DNA from: Eledone cirrhosa
Taxonomy: Eukaryota
Direction: 5' to 3'
Assembly (NCBI GenBank): GCA_964016885.1
Contig: OZ024760.1
Span: 2,976,001 to 3,040,000, forward strand
DNA length: 64,000 nucleotides
Both the position numbers and the translations under genes were made by a program. Within the stretch, counting starts at the first letter, position 1, and the number at the start of each line of letters is the position of its first letter. Of this stretch, positions 1 through 13,612 are shown piece after piece. The notes beneath the pieces are model-generated. The model had not been told where the DNA came from. It saw nothing but the letters and a program-made list of their open reading frames with translations, and searched no databases.

Positions 1-145
1 TTTAATCTGTTATTCTAATAAATATTTGCTCTAGGGTTCTTATATATTTGATATATATTTATCCTTACCGAGCCTATCCTGGGATAACTTGAACCGTTAA
101 GGAATATTATCCTTGGTTATGTCAACATTTATAAAACACACTTCG

Positions 146-210
146 TATTTTATCTGATGATAGCATACCAAAGTTTTATTTGGTACCCTTGAAATATATA
201 TAATAGAATA
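146..210 (+). ncRNA. Type I hammerhead ribozyme motif, family A
   Basis: tattttat-CTGATGA-(stem II TACCAAA/TTTGGTA)-GAAA-tatata-TA-atagaata. Base of stem II is mutated. Confidence 0.6.
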
Positions 211-699
211 AATATGGTTTTATAAATATAGTTTCCATTTATTTAATATCATTATATATATATTATATATATTTAGTAATATTGTTGTGGTCGTGTTTTC
301 GTTGGCAATCGTCTGTTTACGACAGTACAGCGCGGCTCTACTTTATTTAACGGAGATAAAACTTATATGAGCATGAACAGTAGATCATTACGCATCTTTT
401 GGCTTAAAAATCTAGAAATTTGGTCCAGCGGGAAAAAGTTTATAATCAAAGTTTGCTGATAAATCTTGTGTTCAAGTGAGTGAGTAGTAAGCGTGACGCT
501 AGGGGAGGTAATCCAGAAATGACGAATTTTTTTCGGCGGAATATATATATAGTTATACTTTGGGAGGGTCATGCTGCCAATAAAAACACATGCACCTGTT
601 GATTTTCACTTCAATTTATTATAAATTTCCGCTTGGTTGGATAACTGGGAGGTTGTTTATAGATTGTCAGAGCTCTTTCATCACATATTCTATGTGACA

Positions 700-2275
700 C
701 CATGTACACACACATACACATCAACATGTATACAGGCACCAACACACCAACACACACACACATACACATCAACATGTATACAGGCACCAACACACACCAA
801 TACACATACACACACTCACATCAACATATATACAGGCATCAACACACACACATACACATCATGTATTCAGGCACCAACACACCAACACACACACACACAC
901 TCACATCAACATATATACAGCAATCAACACACACACATACACATCAACATGTATACAGGCACCAACACACCAACACACACACACACTCACATCAACATAT
1001 ATACAGGCATCAACACACACACATACACATCAACATGTATACAGGCACCAACACACCAACACACACCAATACACATACACACACTCACATCAACATATAT
1101 ACAGGCACCAACACACACAGAACACACACACAGAGATATCAACACACACACTCACATCAACATATATACAGGCACCAACACACATTAACACACATACACC
1201 ATCACACATTAACACACATCCACATATACCATCACGCATTAACACACACCATCACACACCAACACACACATACCATTCATTACATATCATCACACATTAA
1301 CACATAAACATACACTCCAACACACACCATCACACACTAACACATAAACATACACTCCAACACACACATCACACATTAACACATAAACATACACTCCAAC
1401 ACACACCATCACACATTAACACATAAACATACACTCCAACACACACCATCACACACTAACACATAAACATACACTCCAACACACAACATCACACACTAAC
1501 ACGTAAACATAACACTCCAACACACAACATCACACACTAACACGTAAACATACACCATCATACATTAACACACATACACATCAACACACATACACATAAA
1601 CATACACTCCAACACACACCATCACACATTAACACATAAACATACACTCCAACACATACCATCACACATTAACACATAAACATACACTCCAACACACACC
1701 ATCACACATTAATACATAAACATACACTCCAACACACACCATCACACATTAACACATAAACATACACTCCAACACACAACATCACACACTAACACGTAAA
1801 CATAACACTCCAACACACAACATCACACACTAACACGTAAACATACACCATCATACATTAACACACATACACATCAACACACATACACATAAACATACAC
1901 TCCAACACACAACATCACACATTAACACATAAACATACACTCCAACACATACCATCACACATTAACACATAAACATAACACTCCAACACACAACATCACA
2001 CACTAACACGTAAACATACACCATCATACATTAACACACATACACATCAACACACATACACATAAACATACACTCCAACACACACCATCACACATTAACA
2101 CATAAACATACACTCCAACACACACATCACACATTAACACATAAACATACACTCCAACACACACCATCACACACTAACACATAAACATACACTCCAACAC
2201 ACACCATCACACACTAACACATAAACATACACTCCAACACATACCATCACACATTAACACAGACACACACACATC
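700..2275. repeat. CA-rich compound minisatellite (two ~40-bp unit types)
   Basis: Units resembling acacatcaacatgtatacaggcaccaacacac (700-1190) and acacattaacacataaacatacactccaacacacaccatc (1290-2260). Confidence 0.9.
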
Positions 2276-2598
2276 AACAGCAGAGATATACAGTAGTGTT
2301 ATGTGTTATGTGAGAATGAAGGAGAGTTGGAGGAGAGCTCTAGAGTGAACAGTGATGTGATTGGCTGTAAACCAGGTGTATCCAACCATCTTCCCACACA
2401 CAAAGAAATATATAAATGAAAACAAAAAGCAAAAACAAAACAAGAAAGAAAAAAATTTAACGAAAGTAAGAAATCATTACCTACCTGAGAAAATTTGCTT
2501 CCTTCTTCTACCTGTTAATTCGAAATATGTGTGTAGATATATATATATATATCTACACACATATTTTGAATTATATAATGTGTGTATATATATGTATA

Positions 2599-2630
<32 letters not shown>

Positions 2631-2767
2631 CATGCACATATATTTTGAATTATATAATGTGCATATATATATATATATATATATATTGTGTGTATATATA
2701 TATATATATATAGATATATATTATGAAATACTGTTGGCTTCTTGCTCACATTAATTTCTATATTTTC

Positions 2768-2813
<46 letters not shown>

Positions 2814-2846
2814 ATGTTTGTTTATATATATATATACACAACTTAT

Positions 2847-2877
<31 letters not shown>

Positions 2878-2987
2878 GATACACACATTTTATCAAATAG
2901 GAATATTCTTTCGGAGAATATGTTATGTATGTGTATATATATATATATTAACATATATATATATGTGGCTGCAGATACACATTTATT

Positions 2988-3046
<59 letters not shown>

Positions 3047-3558
3047 CATGTAACAAAGAACTTTCTTACATGCTAGCTTTAAGTAAAACCTTTTTTATAC
3101 TATTTACCGATAGTATAGATTTTCTTCAGAACATAAAAATGAATGGGAACACATACATACATGCACACATACATGCACACATACATGCATATACACATGC
3201 ATATATATTTAATATATATATACACATATAATATATATACACACATATATATCTACATTCACACACACCCACACACACACACATGTATATCAATAAAAAA
3301 AAATATAATTATTATAATATTCCCTTAAGAAATATTTCATTAAGAAACTTTAAAAGAGATTTTGTTTTTGTCTGCAGATGATCAATGAACTATATATATA
3401 TATATATAAATTTTGAGTATATGTTGTTTGTATACCAACACCTCAGTATGCAGATTGGAGCACTCAACGAAGTGCACAGGCTGGTTTGGTTACTCTGGAG
3501 TAATGTAAAATAAAATAAAATAAATAAATCAAATGTTTTAAATTTGGCTTTGTTTATT

Positions 3559-3613
3559 ACTGCTATATATGTTTCAGTCACAGCCATCTTTGGCTGCGAC
3601 CTCTTCAGGCAGT
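3559..3613 (-). ncRNA. Type I hammerhead ribozyme motif
   Basis: Minus strand: ACTGC-CTGAAGA-G GTCGCAGCC/GGCTGTGAC T-GAAA-catata-TA-GCAGT-AATAAA. Confidence 0.8.
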
Positions 3614-3760
3614 CCGAATTAGTGTGGTAGAGACGAGTACACATGTTGATTCCAGTTCCTCAGTGAAACAACAACCCAACCAGGAACTGGGCATATCAGA
3701 GTATTGACAATATTATACACCTCAACAACATGTGTACTCGTCTATACCACACTAATTCGG

Positions 3761-3815
3761 ACTGCCTGAAGAGGTCACAGCCAAAGATGGCTGTCACCGA
3801 AATATATATAGCAGT
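3761..3815 (+). ncRNA. Type I hammerhead ribozyme motif
   Basis: ACTGC-CTGAAGA-G GTCACAGCC aaagat GGCTGTCAC C-GAAA-tatata-TA-GCAGT-AATAAA. Stem I ACTGC/GCAGT. Confidence 0.8.
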
Positions 3816-3866
3816 AATAAACGAAGCCAAATTTTAAACATTTGATTTATTTATTTTATTCTATTT

Positions 3867-3903
<37 letters not shown>

Positions 3904-4067
3904 CTAACGAAGGAAGTGTGGTAAGGAACAAGGTGGACCATAATGCACGAGAGTACTCAATTTGCACGTCAGAGGCGCTTTGGACTTCAGCCAGAGTTTC
4001 CTCTGGCTTCGTCCGTACCTAGCTGTTGAAACGGCCAGAGCTCTGCCGTCGGGGTCCTGACTCTTTT

Positions 4068-4109
<42 letters not shown>

Positions 4110-4315
4110 TATAGATATATTTATATATAGATATATATATATTTATATATATTTACACACATACTCTAGAACTAGCTGATGAAAGGGCAAGAGCTCAGCC
4201 GTTGGATCCCAACTCTTTATAATCTAAAAATACTCTACTACCCCACGTATCGAGTACTCCATTGTGTAATGGTCTAACCAGTTTCAAACTGATTCCACCT
4301 TCATATTTATATATA

Positions 4316-7150
4316 TGCCGAAGGGTCATTGGAGTAACGTTACTTGATAGAGTGTGTAGCTCAGGGATCAGAGAGTCACTCCAGGTAGAGCCACTACTTC
4401 TCCGAATTGAAAGATCACAGCTCTGATACTAGGAGCATGTGGTTAGAATGTCTCAGTAAAGAATCGCTGGAAAGATTTGTAGCTCGGAGATCAGAGAGTC
4501 ACTCCAGGTAGAGCCACTACTTCTCCGAATTGAAAGATCAGAGCTCTGATACTAGGAGCATGTGGTTAGAATGTCTCAGGAAAGAATCACTGGACAGATT
4601 TGTAGCTCGGAGATCAGAGAGTCACTCCAGGTAGAGCCACTACTTCTCCGAATTGAAAGATCACAGCTCTGATACTAGGAGCATGTGGTTAGAATGTCTC
4701 AGTAAAGAATCGCTGGAAAGATTTGTAGCTCGGAGATCAGAGAGTCACTCCAGGTAGAGCCACTACTTCTCCGAATTGAAAGATCAGAGCTCTGATACTA
4801 GGAGCATGTGGTTAGAATGTCTCAGGAAAGAATCACTGGACAGATTTGTAGCTCGGAGATCAGAAAGTCACTCCAGGTAGAGCCACTACTTCTCCGAATT
4901 GAAAGATCAGAGCTCTGATACTAGGAGCATGTGGTTAGAATGTCTCAGGAAAGAATCGCTGGAAAGATTTGTAGCTCGGAGATCAGAAAGTCACTCCAGG
5001 TAGAGCCACTACTTCTCCGAATTGAAAGATCAGAGCTCTGATACTAGGAGCATGTGGTTAGAATGTCTCAGGAAAGAATCGCTGGAAAGATTTGTAGCTC
5101 GGAGATCAGAAAGTCACTCCAGGTAGAGCCACTACTTCTCCGAATTGAAAGATCAGAGCTCTGATACTAGGAGCATGTGGTTAGAATGTCTCAGGAAAGA
5201 ATCACTGGACAGATTTGTAGCTCGGAGATCAGAAAGTCACTCCAGGTAGAGCCACTACTTCTCCGAATTGAAAGATCAGAGCTCTGATACTAGGAGCATG
5301 TGGTTAGAATGTCTCAGGAAAGAATCGCTGGAAAGATTTGTAGCTCGGAGATCAGAAAGTCACTCCAGGTAGAGCCACTACTTCTCCGAATTGAAAGATC
5401 AGAGCTCTGATACTAGGAGCATGTGGTTAGAATGTCTCAGGAAAGAATCGCTGGAAAGATTTGTAGCTCGGAGATCAGAAAGTCACTCCAGGTAGAGCCA
5501 CTACTTCTCCGAATTGAAAGATCAGAGCTCTGATACTAGGAGCATGTGGTTAGAATGTCTCAGGAAAGAATCACTGGACAGATTTGTAGCTTGGAGATCA
5601 GAAAGTCACTCCAGGTAGAGCCACTACTTCTCTGAATTGAAAGATCACAGCTCTGATACTAGGAGCATGTGGTTAGAATGTCTCAGGAAAGAATCGCTGG
5701 ACAGATTTGTAGCTTGGAGATCAGAAAGTCACTCCAGGTAGAGCCACTACTTCTCTGAATTGAAAGATCACAGCTCTGATACTAGGAGCATGTGGTTAGA
5801 ATGTCTCAGGAAAGAATCGCTGGACAGATTTGTAGCTTGGAGATCAGAAAGTCACTCCAGGTAGAGCCACTACTTCTCTGAATTGAAAGATCACAGCTCT
5901 GATACTAGGAGCATGTGGTTAGAATGTCTCAGGAAAGAATCGCTGGACAGATTTGTAGCTTGGAGATCAGAAAGTCACTCCAGGTAGAGCCACTACTTCT
6001 CTGAATTGAAAGATCACAGCTCTGATACTAGGAGCATGTGGTTAGAATGTCTCAGGAAAGAATCGCTGGACAGATTTGTAGCTTGGAGATCAGAAAGTCA
6101 CTCCAGGTAGAGCCACTACTTCTCTGAATTGAAAGATCACAGCTCTGATACTAGGAGCATGTGGTTAGAATGTCTCAGGAAAGAATCGCTGGACAGATTT
6201 GTAGCTTGGAGATCAGAAAGTCACTCCAGGTAGAGCCACTACTTCTCTGAATTGAAAGATCACAGCTCTGATACTAGGAGCATGTGGTTAGAATGTCTCA
6301 GGAAAGAATCGCTGGAAACATTTGTAGCTCGGAGATCAGAGGGTCACTCCAGGTAGAGCCACTACTTCTCCGAATTGAGAGATCACAGCTCTGATACTAT
6401 GAGCATGTGGTTAGAATGTCTCAGGAAAGAATCGCTGGAAAGATTTGTAGCCCGGAGATCAGAGAGTCACTCCAGGTAGAGCCGCTACTTCTCCAAATTG
6501 AGAGATCACAGCTCTGATACTATGAGCATGTGGTTAGAATGTCTCAGGAAAGAATCGCTGGAAAGATTTGTAGCTCGGAGATCAGAGAGTCACTCCAGGT
6601 AGAACTGCTACTTCTCCAAATTGAAAGATCACAGCTCTGATACTAGGAGCATGTGGTTAGAATGTCTCAGGAAAGAATCGCTGGACAGATTTGTAGCTCG
6701 GAGATCAGAAAGTCACTCCAGGTAGGGCCGCTACTTCTCCAAATTGAGAGATCACAGCTCTGATACTATGAGCATGTGGTTAGAATGTCTCAGGAAAGAA
6801 TCGCTGGACAGATTTGTAGCTCGGAGATCAGAAAGTCACTCCAGGTAGAGCCACTACTTCTCCGAATTGAAAGATCACAGCTCTGATACTATGGGCATGT
6901 GGTTAGAATCTCTTAGGAAAGAATTGCTGGACAGATATCACGGGCAAAAAACAGCTGGCGGGAGATCCAGGTGTAGATCCCGATCAAGACTTTTGGATAA
7001 TATCCATGAGCTTGGCTGGTCTCACTTGAGGGGACCCAGCTGGATCAATTGGAGTTGGTTGCTTCTGTTGGGAGGAGTGGTTGAGGACTCTGCTCCTACG
7101 ACCCTCTTAGGAATAAGTGGGCAAAGAAAGAGGAGAAAAAGAAGATGAAG
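4316..7150 (+). mobile_element. RTE-clade LINE 3' fragment with an internal 123-bp segment amplified about 21 times
   Basis: Unit translates SSEIRESLQVEPLLLRIERSQL*Y*EHVVRMSQERIA (RTE ...RLRWxGHVxRM motif). Flanks continue the LINE (RRVIGVTLLDRV upstream, GRSRCRSRSRLLDNIHELGWS downstream). Period 4381, 4504, 4627 ... 6841. Confidence 0.88.
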
Positions 7151-7423
7151 ACAACAACAACTGCATGTGTTTAAAGTGGTAGGGGTTTATATAAAAAAAG
7201 TGAGGATTATCATCATTTCATCACTTTTTAATGTCCATTTTCCACACTAGCATGGGTTAGACAAGTTGACATGTGATAGTGACACAAATCAGATCAGTTG
7301 ACTGTGTCTTGATCATACAGCACTGTTTCTAGCTTGGTTCCTACAGCTGGATGCCCTCCCTAACACCAACCATATTTACAGTGTGGACTGGGTGTCTTTT
7401 TACCGTGGAACTAAAACAACCTG

Positions 7424-7780
7424 CTGATAATTGTTCCTACTTTTGGCACAAGGCCAGCAATTACCCCAGTGAATTACTGGTGAAATCGACCTCCATAAGG
7501 ATGAAAGGCAAAAACTAACCTCGGCAGGATTTGCACTCAAAACGTAAAGGGCCATAGCTCTATACCGAAAAGCATGGTGTCTGACGCTGAACCGATATTG
7601 CCAACCCACCAACCTACTAATGATGGTTTCTACTTTGGGCACAAGACCAGCAATTATCTCAGTGCATTACTGGTACTTTATTTTATCGACCGCGTAAGGA
7701 TGAAAGCAGGATTTGAATTGAGAATATAAAGGGCCATAATTCCACACTTGAAAACATGGTGTCTGACGCTCAACCAAACT
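7424..7780 (-). mobile_element. Two tandem tRNA-derived SINE copies (family S1)
   Basis: Reverse complement of the S1 consensus (B-box-like gagttcaaatccc, core ttgcctttcatccttacggggtcgataaaataaagtaccag). Confidence 0.75.
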
Positions 7781-8287
7781 GCCTGTAGACCGGGTACTTT
7801 CTCATCATGTCACCAGCACAACCACCTCACAGGGTTTACTAGGTACTTTTTCCTCATATCACCAGCAAGGCCACCGCATGTGTGCCTATATATGTAAAAT
7901 TATAATATATACCAGATGCATCACAGAGGCTCGGAGGAAGCCCACATCATGCAAGGCACATGGCGCAAGTCACAAGTCACATCCACTTCTATTTCAGCAG
8001 TTACTCACATGGGCTCCACTCCACATATGGGTAGAGTTTCCGGGTGCACTTAGATTCCCCCAGTCACCTCCGAACCCACAGCAAAAGATCCTCCACCCAA
8101 CATTAAAGTCACAGTTATTTCTTTTTTACTCTGAACGTACGGACAGCAACAGCAACAGGATGCTTTTGCATAGTCTCTCAACACCATAGCTTCAAATCTG
8201 GAAGGCTGAGATACTCCTATAATTAAATTTACTGTGAATAAATTTAAAAGGAAACTGTTCAATAGATGATATGCTTTTCTACCTTAG

Positions 8288-8355
8288 ATTACATCAGCAT
8301 ATACGTGACTAATTCTTTGATTTTGTACAATGTATTAAAATCTAATTCATATAAG
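8288..8355 (+). CDS. Putative ENPP-family exon A (degenerate equivalent of the FxxLYxEEPDxxGHxxGP exon)
   Basis: ccttag| acceptor and |gtatgt donor. Reads xYISIYVTNSLILYNVLKSNSYK, which aligns without gaps to ENPP1 [23 protein letters not shown]. Ends in phase 0, matching the next exon. Confidence 0.55.
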
Positions 8356-8632
8356 GTATGTAGACGTGACATGTCCATTGTCCTGGTTCTATTAAATATC
8401 TCGTAATTCTATGTAATACTCTAATAAATTGCTTTTACTATGATACCATGCAATTCTAATGAGTTGTATTCTACAGTCATTTATATGCCATATATGTACA
8501 TAGAGAAATATATATATTTACATATATATATAATATATATATTTATTTATTTACATATATATATATTTATTTACGTATATATATTTACATATACATATAC
8601 ATATACATATATACACATATACATATATATAT

Positions 8633-8707
<75 letters not shown>

Positions 8708-9013
8708 TATATTTATATATATACACACAAACAAGCAAACATATATAAGTGTGTTTGTCCACCTTTTCTGAATTTTTATTTGCCCCACATTATATTTTGA
8801 TTCATATATATTATATATATATTATATATATATATATTAATAAGGATAACAGTGTTGCTATTATTGGGTATAAACTTTACCAAAGGGATTAAAGCTCAAT
8901 GCAGTAGGGTTCATGCAGAACTGACATATAAAGTTTAAGAAACAGTAAAGGCCCACTATGCTGAAATAGTTTTATAGCATACTGACTCTTTGGTGTTTCT
9001 TAATCTTTATATA

Positions 9014-9047
<34 letters not shown>

Positions 9048-9187
9048 ACCAAAGATTAATATGGTTTGTTGATTACTCAATGAATACAATATTACAATAG
9101 ATTAGAAGCACTCAACAAGAGATTTTCTTGGGGTGTTTAATATTATTCAAAATGTTAATAAATGAAAAATATTCTCATAATCAAAAT

Positions 9188-9256
9188 ATATATTTTATTA
9201 TACATATTTCAAAGGTACAATGGTGTTTAAGTACGTTTTCATCAGATAAAATATAT
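9188..9256 (-). ncRNA. Type I hammerhead ribozyme motif, family A-like
   Basis: Minus strand: atatattttat-CTGATGA-AAACGTAC...GTACCTTT-GAAA-tatgta-TA-ataaaatatat, with an 11-bp stem I. Confidence 0.75.
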
Positions 9257-9594
9257 GATTTGATATGTGACATACCGCTACGGTTTTGATTATTCAATTC
9301 CAGTATTGCCATTGTTGAACAAACGAGCAACGATGGTTGCTGGACACTACGGCTTAATGTGGGATGTTTGTTTACAAACACACCGAGCATTATAATAAAT
9401 GTTCGGTGAATCCATACGTACATATATATATGTGTGCATGTATGTATATATATATATACATACTACTGTACGTCTGTATACATATATGTATGTACGTGTA
9501 CATACTTATATTTAAGTAACAGCCGTACTAAGAGTGGGAAATGAAATTTTTTTCATTTTTTCCGTTTATATATATATATATATATTTCATTAGA

Positions 9595-10587
9595 AAGTGA
9601 ACAACACAATATACATCTCCCATGACTTTCAGAAACATTTTTTAAAGCCAGAGTTGCTGAAGCATGGAACAAACTACCTGCATCAGTTGTTAGCTGTCGA
9701 GACACTGCATCCTTTAAAACCTCCATGGAACAAACTACCTGCATCAGTTGTTAGCTGTCGAGACACTGCATCCTTTAAAACCTCCATGGAACAAACTACC
9801 TGCATCAGTTGTTAGCTGTCGAGACAATGCATCCTTTAAAACCTCCATGGAACAAACTACCTGTATCAGTTGTTGGCTGTCGAGACACTGCATCCTTTAA
9901 AACCTCCATGGAACAAACTACCTGCATCAGTTGTTAGCTGTCGAGACACTGCATCCTTTAAAACCTCCATGGAACAAACTACCTGCATCAGTTGTTAGCT
10001 GTCGAGACACTGCATCCTTTAAAACCTCCATGGAACAAACTACCTGCATCAGTTGTTAGCTGTCGAGACACTGCATCCTTTAAAACCTCCATGGAACAAA
10101 CTACCTGCATCAGTTGTTAGCTGTCGAGACACTGCATCCTTTAAAACCTCCATGGAACAAACTACCTGGATCAGTTGTTGGCTGTCGAGACACTGCATCC
10201 TTTAAAACCTCCATGGAACAAACTACCTGTATCAGTTGTTGGCTGTCGAGACACTGCATCCTTTAAAACCTCCATGGAACAAACTACCTGCATCAGTTGT
10301 TGGCTGTCGAGACACTGCATCCTTTAAAACCTCCATGGAACAAACTACCTGCATCAGTTGTTAGCTGTCGAGACACTGCATCCTTTAAAACCTCTATGAT
10401 TCCTGAAATTCGCCAACACTGCACCTGATGTCCCCCCCTCCATACACACACACATGTATTTCATGACTCATACACTGTTCACTTTCCTGACATTTGTACA
10501 TTATTCTATTTACTATACATGCACCTTTGATCAGTTGTAGTGCACCTGAGCACTGTACACGATAATTTCATTATTATTATTATTATT
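9595..10587 (+). mobile_element. CR1/L2-type LINE 3' end with a 61-bp segment amplified 12 times
   Basis: RVAEAWNKLPASVVSCRDTASFKTSM matches the CR1-group ORF2 end. 61-bp period 9663, 9724 ... 10334. (ATT)n tail. Unamplified copy at about 51220-51515. Confidence 0.85.
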
Positions 10588-10593
10588 AACCCC

Positions 10594-11003
10594 AGGGTGG
10601 TGGATTAGCAGTATCGGTAGAGGGTCAGACGCCATGCTTTGCAGCACAGAGTTATGGCTCTTTATGATTTGAGTTCACATCCTGCCATGGTTAACTTTGC
10701 TTTTATTCCTTACAGCTTCGATAAAATAAAGTACCAGTTACGTACTGGGGTCGATTTAATCAACTTTCCACTCCCCCAAAATTGCTGGTCTTGTGCCTAT
10801 ATCAGAAACCAGTAGAGGCAGTATCAGTAGAGGGTCGGACGCCTTGCTTTGACGCGTAGAGTTACGTCCCTTTATAGTCTAAGTTCAAATCCCGCCGAGG
10901 TTAACTTTGCCTTTCATAATTACGGGCGGGGTCGACAAAATAAAGTACCAGTAATGCACTGGGATAATTGCTGGCCTTGTGGCAAAAGTAGAAACAATTA
11001 TTA
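10594..11003 (+). mobile_element. Two tandem S1 SINEs
   Basis: A-box-like gtggattagcagtatcggtagag, B-box-like gagttca(a/c)atcc, conserved core and agtagaaacaatta tail. Confidence 0.8.
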
Positions 11004-11668
11004 TTAATCTCCTTACTAGAATCACATGATAGCTTCCCTAATGTTGGTGTCATATTAAAATGCACTTAGTAGAGCATGGGATCGTATGTGGCAGATTCGT
11101 TAGAGTGTGGGATTGAAAGTTTGTGCCTTTATTCCAGCCCTTTGTGCACTGAGTTCAAACCCCACTCGGGTCAATTTTGCTCTCCATCCTTCCATCATCA
11201 TCGTCAACATGTAATTACTATTTTCCATGCTTACACTGGTTAGACGGGTTGTCATTTACTAAAGCTAGACCCCTTGTGTTACCATGTTTGCTTGCATCCA
11301 ATTTAAGCTTGGTTTCTATGGTAAGATGCCACTCTCTCCACCGCCTTCACTCAATCTTTTCCATTCCATTCTCTTACTCTAACTCCTCCAGGCACTTTCA
11401 GTCTTTCTCTCATAAGAAACTCTCTAAGCTCACTTCTTACACAGGCTATATTAGCTGTGAATGAAAATATATTGATGGTTAATTGGAAATCATAATAACA
11501 TTTATATTCAGTTCAGCTGTAGAATATAAGAAAAAAAGAAGAGTTAATAGTATTTGGACTGGCTGGTAACTTATTGTTCAAAGTTCAAATATTTACCATA
11601 ATTGGGTTAACTTTCATTCCACTTCACCCAATTATATCAGACATTGATGTTAATTTCATTTGAATATA

Positions 11669-11701
<33 letters not shown>

Positions 11702-11824
11702 GTGCATGTGTGTATATGTATATGTAAAAATGTATATGCATATATGTGAAAGGATGTATATGTACAGATATATATATATATATATATTGTCCCACCCTTG
11801 CAAGCAGCGAAAGGCGGACGTAAA

Positions 11825-11872
<48 letters not shown>

Positions 11873-12199
11873 TATGTATTTATATATATATATATATAAA
11901 TATATATATGTATATATATATATATATATATGTGCATGTGTGTATATGTATATGTAAAAATGTATATGCATATATGTGAAAGGATATATATGCACAGATA
12001 TATATATATATATTGTCCCACCCTTGCAAGCAGCGAAAAGCGGACGTAAAATGATGATGATGATGATGATGATGATGTATGTATTTATATATATATATAT
12101 ATATAAATATATATATGTATGTATTTATATATATATATATATGTAATTATAATGAAATGACAGGAGGCTGGATTTGTGTAAATCCTTGAAAGGTTTATT

Positions 12200-12257
12200 A
12201 TACTATGATCATTTCAATGACCGGGTTCCGTATGAATCCGGTGATATCATCAGGTAT
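12200..12257 (-). ncRNA. Type I hammerhead ribozyme motif
   Basis: Minus strand: ATAC-CTGATGA-(ACCGGATTC/GAACCCGGT)-GAAA-TGATCA-TA-GTAT-AATAAA, with palindromic stem III. Confidence 0.72.
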
Positions 12258-12579
12258 TCGAAATATAATAAGTGAATGTAATAGATAAAATCCATGGGGC
12301 TGAAAATCAAAGACCCGAGGGCGACCGCCATCCAGCTCTATCCAGTGGTGAACCTCAAACCTGAATAAATATATATATGTATATATGTATGTATATTGTA
12401 ACACAATAAATTGAGTTCAGATGCATCACTGATTTTTCGTTTTCTATTCTATCATACTCTGCTCTGTAAGAGCATAGAGTGCTCAACCGACATACCGCCT
12501 ATGGAAGCATCTTAGCTACCATCAGACACACACACACACATATATATATATGTATATATAGTAATAATAATAAAATTGT

Positions 12580-12663
12580 TAGTTTCAGAAGATCCCGTTA
12601 AGGGTGAAAGCAGCGATTCTTTGCTTAAACTTTAATCTGTTATTTTAATAAATATATGTATAT

Positions 12664-12721
<58 letters not shown>

Positions 12722-12912
12722 TAGTAAAAATAATAAATGTGAAGACTTAAATCCAAAAAGGGCTTGATAAGGATAAATATATATCAAATATATAAGAACT
12801 CTAGAGCAAATATTTATTAAAATAACAGATTAAAGTTTAAGCAAAGAATTGCTGCTTTCACCAAAGCAGCGATTCTTTGCTTAAACTTTAATTTGTTATT
12901 TTAATAAATAAA
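12580..12912. repeat. Dispersed repeat in direct and fold-back copies
   Basis: aaagcagcgattctttgcttaaactttaatctgttattttaataaata occurs forward (12607), inverted (12812-12858) and forward again (12863). Related pieces at 1-75, 14866-14960 and 41818. Confidence 0.75.
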
Positions 12913-13119
12913 TATATATATATATATATATATATATCATCATCATCACTGTTTTACATCCATTTTTCCATGCTAGCATGGGTTAGATGAGTCGTCCTGT
13001 TGTGGGCAGTGCTATCTCAGTTGACCATGTCTTGCACATACTGAACTGATTTGGGCTTGGTTTCTACAGCTGGATGCCCTTTCTAATGACATATATATAT
13101 ACATACATATATATATATA

Positions 13120-13426
13120 AATGTAGAAGTTCTATTTAAATTGTTGGGTTACAACAAGCAAATATTTTTATAACTGATATAAAGCACTCAACAAATTATT
13201 GGAGTAAATTATTGGAGTAAAAATACGGACTTATTGGACTATCCGGGAGCTTCCAACAATAATGGTTGCATTTTTTAAGGGTATGTCAATATTTATTTAT
13301 AAAACTGATCTATATTATATTTTATCTGATGAAAGCTCACCATAATTTAACTTGGTGTCCTTGAAATATGTATAATGAAATAAATATGGTTTTATAAATA
13401 TAGTTTCCATTTGTTAATATATCGTA
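13120..13426 (+). mobile_element. Family A pseudo-LTR-like cassette with hammerhead motif at 13318-13382
   Basis: CTGATGA (13326) ... GAAA (13363)-tatgta-TA-atgaaata. Preceded by an inverted piece of the same family. Near-identical to 53620-53908. Confidence 0.7.
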
Positions 13427-13570
13427 TATATATAATATATATATATATATATCATCATCATCATCATCATTTAACGTCTATCTTCCACGCTAGCATGGGT
13501 TAGATGGGAATTGTCCCACTTGAGGCAAGATTGATCGGGTGAGCGTGTCTCAGTCGTATAGGACTTAGAG

Positions 13571-13612
<42 letters not shown>

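Larger units (their letters stand above)
3504..3870. mobile_element. Inverted-repeat cassette (Penelope-like pseudo-LTR pair) in (TA)n
   Basis: Arms about 3504-3648 and 3726-3870 are reverse complements. Each carries a hammerhead followed by AATAAA. Confidence 0.75.

Noticed and set aside
290-598. Possible MITE with imperfect terminal inverted repeats
   Set aside because: Only about 15 imperfect matching bases, no clear TSD and no second copy in the window.
637-1307. His/Thr-rich ORFs, and the many YIYI/VCVC ORFs elsewhere
   Set aside because: Translations of CA, TA and TG micro- and minisatellites, with no splice or domain evidence.
4170-4220. CTGATGA plus hairpin as a hammerhead
   Set aside because: No GAAA after the stem, and related copies at 4020 and 13728 read CTGTTGA.
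4356-6940. Regular arrays (123, 61 and 44 bp) as possible CRISPR arrays
   Set aside because: Units are head-to-tail with no unique spacers, derive from transposons, and there are no cas genes in this eukaryotic context.
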